A stretch of DNA of 64,000 nt from Bacteroidota bacterium (GTDB taxonomy: Bacteria > Bacteroidota > Bacteroidia > JABDFU01), in contig JABDFU010000001.1 of assembly GCA_013286385.1 (NCBI GenBank), positions 39,730 through 103,729 on the forward strand. Reading direction: 5' to 3'. Numbering within the stretch: position 1 is the first letter of the stretch; every line of letters starts with the position of its first letter. Made by a program: the position numbers and the translations under genes. Shown one piece after another: positions 1 to 9,743 of this stretch. The notes under the pieces were generated by a model. The model was not told where the DNA came from. It ran no database searches and saw only the letters and a program-made list of their open reading frames with translations.

Positions 1-474
1 GTGAACCTTGGCAAAAAATTCGATTCGGTTATTTCTCTTTTTCATGTGGCGAGTTACCAGACCTCCAACGAAGATCTCCGGCAATTTGTTGAAACGGCGA
101 AAAAGCATCTTAAAAAAGGGGGGCTTTTTATTTTTGATGTCTGGCATGGTCCTGCCGTGCTTACCGACAAGCCTTTGGTCAGGACAAAAGAAGTTGAAAA
201 CGAAAGCTTGTTAATTATCCGTGATACACAGCCGGTATTGCGCTCAGAAGAAAATGTTGTTGAAGTTAATTTTATCATAAAGGTTTCGGATAAAGTTCGA
301 AATACCACCCAGACGCTTTCAGAGTGCCACCGGATGCGTTATCTGTTCAAACCTGAACTGATGCTGCTTCTGAAAGAAGCAGGCCTGGAACTGATCAGAA
401 GCGAGAAATGGATGACTGCCGAAGACCCCTCTTTTTCTTCCTGGTACGTTACCTATATAGCAAGAATGAATTAA
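1..474 (+). CDS. Class I SAM-dependent methyltransferase, C-terminal part (5' end outside the window)
   Basis: ORF is open at the window start and stops at TAA 472-474. 'ISLFHVASYQT...AKKHLKKGGLFIFDVWHGP' resembles the post-SAM-binding region of Rossmann-fold methyltransferases. Confidence 0.6.
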   Translation: MNLGKKFDSVISLFHVASYQTSNEDLRQFVETAKKHLKKGGLFIFDVWHGPAVLTDKPLVRTKEVENESLLIIRDTQPVLRSEENVVEVNFIIKVSDKVRNTTQTLSECHRMRYLFKPELMLLLKEAGLELIRSEKWMTAEDPSFSSWYVTYIARMN

Positions 475-477
475 CCG

Positions 478-1722
478 ATGGCGGAAAAAAGAATTGCAAT
501 TCTGGTTTATTGTTATCCGGTTGCTTATTCTCCTACCATTTTGAACACGGCCCTTTATTGGGCCCGACAGGACTACAAAGTCGATCTTCTGATTGATCGT
601 TACGTGTTTGATGAAATTGAGCAACAGCATCCGCTTATTAAGATCATGTATTGCACCAAACTTCCTCCTGTTAAAAAATCGGCTTCGGATAAAACAGAAA
701 CTGAGAAATCTTCTCCTGACAAACAGGTGTCTGGCAAACCTAAGTCAGGGATAAACCTATCAGTCTACCGGGACTTGTACAAAAGCATTTTCCCTCAATG
801 GCTTCTTCAGGTTCGTTCTTATTCCAGGGGGATCAGAACGGCAACAGTGGGAAAATCGTACTGCTTTGCAATCGCCTTCGAGCCGGAGGCCTTAATAGCC
901 GCCGGCTGGTCAGGATTAACAGCGAAATACAAATCCTATTACCACAGCCTCGAATTGTACGAAAACAATACATTCAAAAACCGTCTGCGAAGAAAACTCG
1001 AGCGAAAAGCACTTAAAAAAACAGTTTTTACAGTTGTACAGGATGAGTATCGCAAAGAAAAATTAATCCTGGATCTGGGCCGGACAGACCTCAACGTCAT
1101 TTTGTCTCCCGTTTCCATGATGGGGCCTGCTTTGGCCGATAAAAGCGATTATGTGTATAGAAAATTCAATATTCCAAAGGAAAAAAAAATAATTCTTTAT
1201 ACCGGAGCTTTTTATTCAGAAGCGATGATTGAAGAAATGGCGAATTCGACTAACGATCCGTTATGGGATAAGGATTGGGTGTTGCTCTTACACGGATTTT
1301 GCAATTCAGAGTTTATACTAAACAATATCCGTAAAAATACCCGCCCTGAAAAAATTATGCTTTCACTCAGCAATTTATCTCAGAACGAATTAGATCTGTT
1401 GACATCCTCCGCACATATAGGGCTGGCCCTTTACAGTCAAAGGAATGCTAACCTGATGTTTACGATACTGTCTTCTGGTAAAATTGCGCAATACGCCAAA
1501 TGCGGACTTCCGGTTGTTTTAATTTCGAATCCGCCAACGGATGAGTTTATCGGTAAATACAGATGTGGAGTTGCACTTAATAACGAAAGCGAAATCTGTC
1601 AGGGAATTTCTCTTATTCTTAAGGATTACGAACGCTATAGAAACAATATGCTGGAGGCCTTCCGGTTAAAATATGATTTTGAAACGAACTATAAACCCGT
1701 AGCCGATTATCTTTTAAACTGA
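478..1722 (+). CDS. Putative glycosyltransferase (GT-B-like), paralogue of 2600..3703
   Basis: ATG lies 3 nt after the upstream stop. C-terminal 'GKIAQYAKCGLPVVLISNPPTDEFI' parallels 'GKIGTYFKNGLPVIAGNLDSF' in 2600..3703 and the donor-binding half of GT-B enzymes. Contains a Lys/Ser-rich insert 'KKSASDKTETEKSSPDKQVSGKPKSG'. Confidence 0.4.
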   Translation: MAEKRIAILVYCYPVAYSPTILNTALYWARQDYKVDLLIDRYVFDEIEQQHPLIKIMYCTKLPPVKKSASDKTETEKSSPDKQVSGKPKSGINLSVYRDLYKSIFPQWLLQVRSYSRGIRTATVGKSYCFAIAFEPEALIAAGWSGLTAKYKSYYHSLELYENNTFKNRLRRKLERKALKKTVFTVVQDEYRKEKLILDLGRTDLNVILSPVSMMGPALADKSDYVYRKFNIPKEKKIILYTGAFYSEAMIEEMANSTNDPLWDKDWVLLLHGFCNSEFILNNIRKNTRPEKIMLSLSNLSQNELDLLTSSAHIGLALYSQRNANLMFTILSSGKIAQYAKCGLPVVLISNPPTDEFIGKYRCGVALNNESEICQGISLILKDYERYRNNMLEAFRLKYDFETNYKPVADYLLN

Positions 1723-2603
1723 TGCAGATTGTCCTGGTAAATTATGCAGACGAAAATTTCAAAGTGCGAAGGCGCCTTTCGGTTGCTTCGGCTAAAAAAT
1801 TCGGCATTAAGCGTATTGTAACCTGGGACAGGCCGCAATTGTTGAAGACCGATTTTTATTTGAAGAATAAGTTGATTTTAGATCAACCACGTGGATCAGG
1901 TTATTGGCTCTGGAAACCTTATATTATTCTGGATTCTTTACAGAAATTAAATGACGGAGATGTTTTGGTTTACCTGGATTGCGGATTGAAATTCGCCCTA
2001 AACCCTAGCCCTTTAGTTGAGTTGTGTAAAAGCAGCACTACAGGTATCCTGATTTGCGATAACAGGCCCGTACTCAATTGCTGGTTTACCAAAAGAGATG
2101 TTTTTACAGTTTTGAACAGTGATAGTGAGACCTATTGGAATTCATTTCAGGTTATGGCCGGATTTATGCTGGTTCGCAAGTCTGATTCTTCAGTTTCTTT
2201 TGTCAGCGAATGGTTGAAGACTTGTGAAATTAACAACCTGATTACAGATGATCCGAGCCAATGTGGGCTGCCCGAGTTGCCTGGCTTTGTGGAGCACCGT
2301 CACGATCAGTCCCTGCTTTCTGTGCTTGTAAAAAAGAAAGAAATGGAAACCTACAGAAATCCTACTTTTCATGGGAATTATCTTAAACCCGAAAAATTCA
2401 GAGTAAAAGGGGAGAGATTAAACTATCCCTTCTTTTTGAGGGAAGGGATAAATACGTACAGCAAGGAGTCTCAGGGAAATTCTCCTTATGGCACTATCAT
2501 TCAGTATTTTCCGAAGAATTACGAAAGTTGGCAGGTCAGGCTAAGTGATTTCTTTCGCAAAGTAAAACACAGGTTAAATTCATTGAGTATTTTTAGCCTG
2601 TGA
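1722..2603 (+). CDS. Hypothetical protein, possibly a GT-A-like sugar transferase
   Basis: TGATG overlap with the upstream gene suggests translational coupling. Carries 'QPRGSGYWLWKPYIILDSL...VLVYLDCG', but I cannot assign a family with confidence. Confidence 0.3.
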   Translation: MQIVLVNYADENFKVRRRLSVASAKKFGIKRIVTWDRPQLLKTDFYLKNKLILDQPRGSGYWLWKPYIILDSLQKLNDGDVLVYLDCGLKFALNPSPLVELCKSSTTGILICDNRPVLNCWFTKRDVFTVLNSDSETYWNSFQVMAGFMLVRKSDSSVSFVSEWLKTCEINNLITDDPSQCGLPELPGFVEHRHDQSLLSVLVKKKEMETYRNPTFHGNYLKPEKFRVKGERLNYPFFLREGINTYSKESQGNSPYGTIIQYFPKNYESWQVRLSDFFRKVKHRLNSLSIFSL

Positions 2604-3703
2604 AACGCATCGCCCTTTTTTTTGACCGTACTTACGTTGATGCGCATTTCTGCTTTACAGAATTGGCCCGACACCTGGCAAAGAACGAATTTCAGGTTGA
2701 CCTTTTTCATTTGTCCAATCCCTATAATCTGGCTCCTAATTTTTTTGAACCGAACATTTCGGTCAGACAATTTCCCCAAGGAAAACTTGAAAAGCTGGTC
2801 TTTACATACCGGCGTTGGTTTACCGACGAATTAAAATACGATGCTATAATTGGAACTCCCATTCATGGAGCTGTTTTGGGATGTCGTTTGGCAAAAGAGC
2901 AGGGCGTTCCTTTTTTTTATCTGGCCGATGAAATTTTCGATCCCCTGACACGCTATCATAAACTGGAAAATTGGGGAAAGGCCAAGTCGCTGGATAAAAA
3001 AGCGAATCAGTCAGCCCTCGCAAGTATAGTCCTTGGTGAGGATCGTTTTACTTATCAGAAAAAGGTTAATTCGCTTTCTGACAGCCACAGGCATTTTCTT
3101 ATTCCCAATTCCCCTTCGGGAGAAGTTAAAAAACTTCAGAGTCATTATTTCAGGGATGTATTTGAAATCAGAGACGAAAAGCCGATCGTTCTGTTTATCG
3201 GGACTTTGAATTGGAACCTGGCCAGAACGATTTACGAAGAAACCAGGGAATATAAGGACAAGGATTATCATTTGGTATTTCACGGAAGAACTCAGGGTCT
3301 TATGGCTCAGAATAAACCTCATCCTTTCATTAAGGTATCAAAGGAACCACTGCCTTCTTCCCTGCTTAACTATGCAATAAGCTCAGCCGACCTGGGATTG
3401 GTTTTGTACGATCAGTCTATTCCTCAGGAAAGCAACAACGGCTGGACGGGAGGTAAAATAGGCACCTATTTTAAAAACGGATTGCCTGTTATTGCAGGCA
3501 ATCTGGATTCTTTTCGTCAGTTCGAAACAAACGGTGTGGGTGCATTTTGGGACGGCAAGACCGAATTAGACCTGATGATTAAATCAACCCTTGCAAAAAC
3601 TGATTTTCTGCAGAAAAACATTCCTGCTTTTTACAACCTGCATTACCGTTACGAAAAGTTTTTTGCGCCTTTTTTAACCTTCCTTCTGAATTCGGTTTCA
3701 TAA
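2600..3703 (+). CDS. Putative glycosyltransferase (GT-B-like)
   Basis: GTG start sits in a GTGA overlap with the upstream stop. 'LVLYDQSIPQESNNGWTGGKIGTYFKNGLPVIAGNLDSFRQFETNGVGAFW' looks like a GT-B C-terminal domain. Confidence 0.4.
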   Translation: MKRIALFFDRTYVDAHFCFTELARHLAKNEFQVDLFHLSNPYNLAPNFFEPNISVRQFPQGKLEKLVFTYRRWFTDELKYDAIIGTPIHGAVLGCRLAKEQGVPFFYLADEIFDPLTRYHKLENWGKAKSLDKKANQSALASIVLGEDRFTYQKKVNSLSDSHRHFLIPNSPSGEVKKLQSHYFRDVFEIRDEKPIVLFIGTLNWNLARTIYEETREYKDKDYHLVFHGRTQGLMAQNKPHPFIKVSKEPLPSSLLNYAISSADLGLVLYDQSIPQESNNGWTGGKIGTYFKNGLPVIAGNLDSFRQFETNGVGAFWDGKTELDLMIKSTLAKTDFLQKNIPAFYNLHYRYEKFFAPFLTFLLNSVS

Positions 3704-3716
3704 AATATACAGCATA

Positions 3717-4607
3717 TCAATACGTCCTGTTCAGAATAGTTACAGGCTCGGCCGCTTCAACTTTCTTCCGTACAAAATCCACATCCCTTAAATAGATTGC
3801 ATTGCTTTCTGTCAGGTCAGGAGAAGGGGTTAATTTTCGTTCAAATGGGGAATAACGGTACTTCGAAAATCCGTTTCCGGCCAGAATTTCATGAATCTCC
3901 TGATCCGAATGACCATAACGTTTACCAGTACCATTAAGCTCTATTATAATGGCCTTGAGCGATTCCTTTTTAAGGGTATTTGATCCTCCAACCAGCACTT
4001 CGTATTCAAAACCCTCTACATCGATTTTCATCAGGCCAGGGTTTTGGTCTCCAACAATTGAATCCAGTGTTACTACTTCTACTTCAATAAAATATTTTTC
4101 GTTTTTTACAGCATCTTCGGTTATTACATTGTTATAAGTATCCCACATGCTGGTAAACTTCAGCATTTTTTTTTCTGCCCCTAATCCTTTATTATGCAGA
4201 TGAACCAAGGGCTCCAGGGAATTGATAGATGTATTTTTTTTAAGGTGTTCAAAAGTTGCCGGAATAGGTTCAATTGCAATTGAACGGGATTTTCTGTGGC
4301 CAGAGGCAAGCAGGGTAAAGGTTCCGATATTTGCGCCAACATCCACAAACAAATCTCGCTCTGAAAGGAAATGAAGTAAAAAAGACATTTCCTCAAACTC
4401 CTGAAGACCACAATAGACGTTTCCGGTAGATGCCCTCATGCCTTTGCTCACAATAAGCTGCGTGTTACCCACAAATGGGTAGATTACCGGGTAATTGAAC
4501 AAGCGAACATGCAACTGCCATTTCATATACCTCCAGCAGGCAGAAATAACCTTATTCCTGGTTAATGGATGCGTTCTGAAATTTTTGAGTATTCTTAGAA
4601 TTCCCAT
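3717..4607 (-). CDS. FkbM-family methyltransferase
   Basis: 'LFVDVGANIGTFTLLAS' is a SAM-binding Gly-rich motif, and 'MKIDVEGFEYEVLVGG' is the FkbM family hallmark. Confidence 0.8.
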   Translation of the reverse strand: MGILRILKNFRTHPLTRNKVISACWRYMKWQLHVRLFNYPVIYPFVGNTQLIVSKGMRASTGNVYCGLQEFEEMSFLLHFLSERDLFVDVGANIGTFTLLASGHRKSRSIAIEPIPATFEHLKKNTSINSLEPLVHLHNKGLGAEKKMLKFTSMWDTYNNVITEDAVKNEKYFIEVEVVTLDSIVGDQNPGLMKIDVEGFEYEVLVGGSNTLKKESLKAIIIELNGTGKRYGHSDQEIHEILAGNGFSKYRYSPFERKLTPSPDLTESNAIYLRDVDFVRKKVEAAEPVTILNRTY

Positions 4608-4613
4608 TCAATC

Positions 4614-6110
4614 CTAATTTTCTTCGTTCTGAATTTCAATAAAGGGCTCTTCTTTAACCATTCTCTTCATTAAATAAAAAAGCATTGCCATCACCAGGAT
4701 TGATTTCACGAACTGGTTAAAAATACTGGTAAAATCCTCCTCAGCCTTAATTACATAGAAAAAAACAAAGGGAAGCCAAACAAGGTATTCTTCATTTTTC
4801 CTTGAGCGATTGACCAACTGCATGTACATCAGGTTAAAAAATAAGCCATAAATAAGCATAAACAACATTCCCTTAAACTCTCCGAAATTGGCATAAGCCT
4901 CTCCGACTATTCCCAGATTCATACTCGCCCCGTTTAGCGGCATGCCTGTATACTTTTCGAAATATTTTGTTCCGCCCGACACCGCTTTGTCGGGTGCAAG
5001 AATACGAGGCAGTAACGCAGCTTTAATTCCGTCAAGTATTGTTTCCCCCTCTCCAAACTGTTGATACTGGGGAACAACGTACATAATACGGGCAATTATC
5101 CAGCCTTGGTTAAGCCGGTCTATAAAACCCTGATTTTTATCATCGCCCTGGTCGCTTTTCTTATCCGAACTTGAAATCTGGTTGCCCATCAAACCGAACA
5201 ATTTTCCGGCATTTTTTGAGGTCTTGCTGCTTTGAGACGTCCCCGTTTCCCCATGGTTTTGTCTCTCTGCGGGACCCATAGGCCCCTGCATCTCACCTGG
5301 TCCCTGAATTTGCCCGGTCTGGGCATCATCATCTGCCCAAACTGTTTCCCTCAATTCACGTTTTACCGCATTAATAATAAAAATTGAAACCGAAAGAGAA
5401 GCCAGCAATATTGGTTTGGCAATTATGGATGATTTATTAAGGTAGGTAAACATGATCAGAAGAAACCCTCCCCAGATAAAAACTTCGTGAAAAATGGCGC
5501 TGTTCGCGGCTCCTATTAAGACTGGAGCGAAGGCCAGCAGCAGCATAGGATATTTGAATTTGCTATTTGATTTTAAAAGATAGAACGAACCTATTATGGA
5601 GGTATGGGAAAGGAGGAGAAAAAAATAGTTAAGACTTCGGGGAGCAAAAGGACTGAGAATAAAGGCCGTAAATCCTAAGATCAGCAATATCCGTCCCCGC
5701 TTAAAAAAATAATCGGGATTTTCTTCCTGTTCATAATGCTCTTCTTCCTGCTGATTTCTTCTAAGGGGGATAAGTAATCCCAGAATCAATGCAGCAGTTG
5801 CCGGGACTACAAAATTCATGTAACGGTTTTCATCAATACTCATAAAATAAAATTCGCTGGCCTTAAAAAAATGATAAGAAAGAACGGGTGCAACTACCCA
5901 CTGCAACAGCGCGATAATAATTATCAATTCCCGTATGGGAATGGTTCTGCCAAGTTTATAGTAAAAACTCTGACCATAGTAAAAGAAAAGGCCCATTCCA
6001 ACCACTGACAAATCGGCCATTTCAGGTTTAATGATTTTGAATACAAGCGCGAGTCCCATGGAAGTAAAAAAGCGGGTAACGCTGACAATTGTATTTTCCC
6101 CGTATTCCAT
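4614..6110 (-). CDS. Polytopic membrane protein, O-antigen/EPS polymerase (Wzy)-like
   Basis: At least 10 hydrophobic segments and one long hydrophilic loop, located inside a glycosyltransferase operon. No diagnostic motif, so the call is by context. Confidence 0.45.
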   Translation of the reverse strand: MEYGENTIVSVTRFFTSMGLALVFKIIKPEMADLSVVGMGLFFYYGQSFYYKLGRTIPIRELIIIIALLQWVVAPVLSYHFFKASEFYFMSIDENRYMNFVVPATAALILGLLIPLRRNQQEEEHYEQEENPDYFFKRGRILLILGFTAFILSPFAPRSLNYFFLLLSHTSIIGSFYLLKSNSKFKYPMLLLAFAPVLIGAANSAIFHEVFIWGGFLLIMFTYLNKSSIIAKPILLASLSVSIFIINAVKRELRETVWADDDAQTGQIQGPGEMQGPMGPAERQNHGETGTSQSSKTSKNAGKLFGLMGNQISSSDKKSDQGDDKNQGFIDRLNQGWIIARIMYVVPQYQQFGEGETILDGIKAALLPRILAPDKAVSGGTKYFEKYTGMPLNGASMNLGIVGEAYANFGEFKGMLFMLIYGLFFNLMYMQLVNRSRKNEEYLVWLPFVFFYVIKAEEDFTSIFNQFVKSILVMAMLFYLMKRMVKEEPFIEIQNEEN

Positions 6111-6112
6111 GC

Positions 6113-7258
6113 TTAGCTATTCAGAAATTCTTCAAAGGAAATTAGGTTTCTGGTGTACGAATACGTTTCGTTTTTTGCGCTGATACCTGAATCAAAAAAA
6201 CGGGCATCTGCATACAACATGTGGGCCAGGTTGATTATTTTGTCCCGGAGTTCCTTGGTATTTTTCACATTGTAAAGATAACCTGTTTTTCCTTCCTCAA
6301 TCAGGTCAGCCGAGCATCCGGAGGAATTGCTTACAATAGCAGGTAGTCCCATAGCAAAGCCCTCGTTTACGACCAGGCCCCAGGTTTCCCGGTAATCGCT
6401 GGTAAGTATAAGGGCATGTGCATTTTTCAATTCTTCTTTGAGCTCTTTTTGGTTTTTAAAACCCTTGAAAAATACCGAAGTATGCGCTTTGCTGAGTTCC
6501 CTGCAGTGCTCCAGCAGGTTTCCCGAGCCAATCATCCAAAGTTCCAGGTCAGGATTCAAGGCGGAGGCTTCCGTAAAGGCCTTAATAGCATCTTCGGGCC
6601 TTTTCTTTTCAATGAATTTGCCGATCCAGACAAAAACCATTTTCCCGTTTTGTTTTTGTTCGGCAATATCCCCATCTTTTTTCCAGAAAGTCTGATCAAC
6701 AGCATGCGGTGAAAAAATCAATTGAGAAGGTTTAGCCCCGTTTGCCAGCAGGTACTCCCTGTTTCGCTGACCGACATACAGGAGCTTGTCGTATCTGGAC
6801 AGCAGCAGTGGATAGAGAAGTTTTTTAAGCATGCTTTTGTAAATGGGTTCTTCAGGGTTCAGTTGGCTGTCTCCTCTTACAGCAACTTTCAGGTTTAGTT
6901 TCCTGGCTTGCAGCAAGGCCTGAATATAGGCCTTCAGATACCATCCCAGGATCACAACATGCGTAATTCTTTTTTCTTCCAATGCCTTGCCGATTTGAGG
7001 ACAATCGCAGCCTTTGAAATTGTTCAGCGAAGGTTTTTTCGAAACATTTTCCAAAAACACAAAGGAGTATCCGCTCATCAGGTCAGTATCCCAGCTAAAT
7101 TGCTTCCCGAATCCCGAAGCTCCAATTTCTTCTTCATTGGGTTTATGACAGTAAAAGACGACCAGATCAATAGTCTGGGCCAGGTAACGAAAAAGTGGGC
7201 TGTAATACTGGATGGGATGACTTACAACAATACCTAATCTTTTCATTTTGTTGAACAA
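6113..7258 (-). CDS. Glycosyltransferase family 4 (GT-B)
   Basis: 'RETWGLVVNEGFAMGLPAIVSNSSGCSADLIEEGKTGYLY' is the E-x7-E type donor-binding region. The start could instead be Met5 (7246), which removes the 16-nt overlap. Confidence 0.8.
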   Translation of the reverse strand: MFNKMKRLGIVVSHPIQYYSPLFRYLAQTIDLVVFYCHKPNEEEIGASGFGKQFSWDTDLMSGYSFVFLENVSKKPSLNNFKGCDCPQIGKALEEKRITHVVILGWYLKAYIQALLQARKLNLKVAVRGDSQLNPEEPIYKSMLKKLLYPLLLSRYDKLLYVGQRNREYLLANGAKPSQLIFSPHAVDQTFWKKDGDIAEQKQNGKMVFVWIGKFIEKKRPEDAIKAFTEASALNPDLELWMIGSGNLLEHCRELSKAHTSVFFKGFKNQKELKEELKNAHALILTSDYRETWGLVVNEGFAMGLPAIVSNSSGCSADLIEEGKTGYLYNVKNTKELRDKIINLAHMLYADARFFDSGISAKNETYSYTRNLISFEEFLNS

Positions 7259-8505
7259 ATCAGATCGAGTTTCTCAGCGAGCAGGCGGGCCGATTGCCGG
7301 GCCGAATACCTGTCCAGTTCATCCAGTTGCGGTGCCCATTTGCTCTTTTCCATCACAAGAGATTGAAAGGTTCGAATCAAATTTGCCTGCAGGTCGTCCG
7401 GCGAAATGCCTTCCGTATACGTACAAAGGTAATCAGCAGCATTCGCATCCCGGAGTATCTGTACGGCGCTGCTTTCACTGTGCAATACTGCAAATACCGG
7501 TTTTTTCGAAAGCAGGGACTGAAATACCTTGGAGGCCGTATAATGTTTCTCTGTGCTTCCGATAATCATTACCCCGGCAGATTCTGAAAGAAGATGCAAT
7601 ACCTCTAAAAATGGAAGCCGGTCAGGTTTTTCATGAACGATCTCCTCAATTCCGTTTTCCCGGGCGTATTCCCCGATTGTTTTACCGGGGTAGATGCCGG
7701 TCCCGATAAAAAAAAGCTGTACACGTTTATCCCAACTCTCTGACCGTTTAAGTTCAGCAATGCCTTTAAACAAAAGCTCGATAAACAAATGTGATTTGGG
7801 CAAAAATGCTCCTGCGTATGCCAGTGGTTTTATATCCCGAACAGGATCCCATGGGAGTTTTATATTGGTTAGTCTGATCAAATGGTCATTCGGGTCGAAA
7901 CCATAAGGCATGCCCAGGTGTTCGATTTTTTTATTCTTAAAGTTTCGATCCAAAACAGGTTGAAAATACAATACAGACACACCTGAAATAAGGGAAGCAT
8001 TTTTAACTGCAAAAGGTTCCAGAATCCGGGCAACCGCATTGCTCAGCCAGGCTCTGCTGAATTTTTTTTCAAGATTCGTAAATCCGTTTACCCAGGGATC
8101 AATATAATCGATACCGTAGGGTATGCCTGTACGTGAATTCAGCAGCCGGCCAATAACGGCCGTATAGAAAGAGGGGATAGGTATCCAGACAAAATCCGGC
8201 CTGTCGCTTGTGATCAGCTTCCTTGCCCCTTTGTAAAGCTGAAAAAAGGATCGTAGTCCGATGTCTCCGAAAAACCGAAAACGCTTTAACGCTTTAAACG
8301 CATTCACATACCTGACCTGAACTGCCGGAGAAACGGTTTTAAGGATATCCTGATCGGGTTTCTCTTCGTAAAATTCAGGGTTAACGGTCAGTACAGTGGT
8401 ATGCCAGCCGAATTCTCCGATGAAATTCGAAATCAGCCTGGGCCGGTGAATTCCGGCCAGATTGCTGGGTGGCCAATGAGGATAAATGATCAGCAGTTTC
8501 TTCAT
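7243..8505 (-). CDS. Putative glycosyltransferase (GT-B-like)
   Basis: N-terminal 'MKKLLIIYPHWPPSNLAGIHRPRLISNF..GWHTTVLTV' is typical of GT-B N-domains. Lies within the operon. Confidence 0.5.
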   Translation of the reverse strand: MKKLLIIYPHWPPSNLAGIHRPRLISNFIGEFGWHTTVLTVNPEFYEEKPDQDILKTVSPAVQVRYVNAFKALKRFRFFGDIGLRSFFQLYKGARKLITSDRPDFVWIPIPSFYTAVIGRLLNSRTGIPYGIDYIDPWVNGFTNLEKKFSRAWLSNAVARILEPFAVKNASLISGVSVLYFQPVLDRNFKNKKIEHLGMPYGFDPNDHLIRLTNIKLPWDPVRDIKPLAYAGAFLPKSHLFIELLFKGIAELKRSESWDKRVQLFFIGTGIYPGKTIGEYARENGIEEIVHEKPDRLPFLEVLHLLSESAGVMIIGSTEKHYTASKVFQSLLSKKPVFAVLHSESSAVQILRDANAADYLCTYTEGISPDDLQANLIRTFQSLVMEKSKWAPQLDELDRYSARQSARLLAEKLDLICSTK

Positions 8506-8513
8506 TTGAGAGC

Positions 8514-9743
8514 TTAAGCTTGCAAAACACTCCAGACCTTATCGTAATCCAGTTCCCAATTCAATCCTTTCTGAGAACCCGCTCTTGATTTTAATTTCAT
8601 TTGTTTCAGCAATGACCTGTCTTCTCCTAATCTGTCAATGAGTTCAGCCATCTTCAGAAAATCGCCCGAAGGGTAACTATAGCCGCATTGGTATTCATTA
8701 ATAGTTTCCTTTAGTCCGGGCAGGTCGCTTGCAATTACAGTCAATCCCGCATTTATAAAGTCAAATAGCTTATTTGAAGAAGTCAGCATTTGATTTTCTT
8801 CCTGCGCCAGTTCTCCGATCAGCCCGATGTCGTAATGCACAAGTGAATTTACAATTTCGTAGGGTTCGGCGGGTGCAAGCAAGCTTACTTTTCCTTTCAG
8901 CGGTTCATCCTTCATAAAGTTTTCAAAAACAGCCTTTTCTTCTGTCGTGATCAGTCCCTGGAGATATAAGTGCACCGGGGTTTTACAGTTTGCAACAGCC
9001 TTTAAAAGGATAGTAAGGCCTCTGGTATTATTAAAATAAATCGTCATTCCGTGCCAGACCAGTTTGAGGGGCGCTGTGGAGGAGGGGTCATCGTCAGTAA
9101 ATTCGGGTAGTTGAAGCATTAGCCTCGAGGGAAGGTTGCGTACCCGAAAAGAGGGAATGCTGAGCCGATAATCTTTTTTGAGTTGCTCCAGCATCGCATT
9201 GGTTGTGGCCAGCAGAACATCGACGCTTGAAATGAATTTTGGTTCGGCAAGGTTTACCCAATCACTCAAGGGTTTTGCGTACTTCCGGTACTGTCCCCTG
9301 AAATATTCCTGTGAATCGTAAATGAGCCGGGCCCCAGTCCGCTGTTTTAAACCGGCCGCAAAAGGCAAATTGTCGACCAGGTGTATCAGGATATAGTCGT
9401 ACCGTCCTTTTATTTTTGAGAGGGCACCAATCAACCCCTTATTCATAAAATACGTAAATCCGGCTTTTGAGCCCGTTTTGCTCCAAAGCAAAGCAATGAA
9501 TTTATTGATAAGACTCACCCACAGCCAGCGAACAGATGAAACAGTGTTTCGCCTGCTGATGTCGTTTTCAAGTATCGTCCAGGGTTTATTTTTAATGGCA
9601 TTTTGGTAAACCTCCCTGCTGGCTATTCCTGTTACCGGATTGAAAACAATCACTTCCCAGCCTTTTTCAGCAAAATAGTCCGCGGCTTTCAGTAACCGCG
9701 GATTGTAACAGATTTCATTATGGGAAAGAATCAGGATTCTCAA
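8514..9743 (-). CDS. Putative glycosyltransferase (GT4-like)
   Basis: 'MRILILSHNE..' N-domain and 'NKLFDFINAGLTVIASDLPGLKETINEYQCGYSY' C-domain. 4-nt overlap with wecB. Confidence 0.55.
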   Translation of the reverse strand: MRILILSHNEICYNPRLLKAADYFAEKGWEVIVFNPVTGIASREVYQNAIKNKPWTILENDISRRNTVSSVRWLWVSLINKFIALLWSKTGSKAGFTYFMNKGLIGALSKIKGRYDYILIHLVDNLPFAAGLKQRTGARLIYDSQEYFRGQYRKYAKPLSDWVNLAEPKFISSVDVLLATTNAMLEQLKKDYRLSIPSFRVRNLPSRLMLQLPEFTDDDPSSTAPLKLVWHGMTIYFNNTRGLTILLKAVANCKTPVHLYLQGLITTEEKAVFENFMKDEPLKGKVSLLAPAEPYEIVNSLVHYDIGLIGELAQEENQMLTSSNKLFDFINAGLTVIASDLPGLKETINEYQCGYSYPSGDFLKMAELIDRLGEDRSLLKQMKLKSRAGSQKGLNWELDYDKVWSVLQA

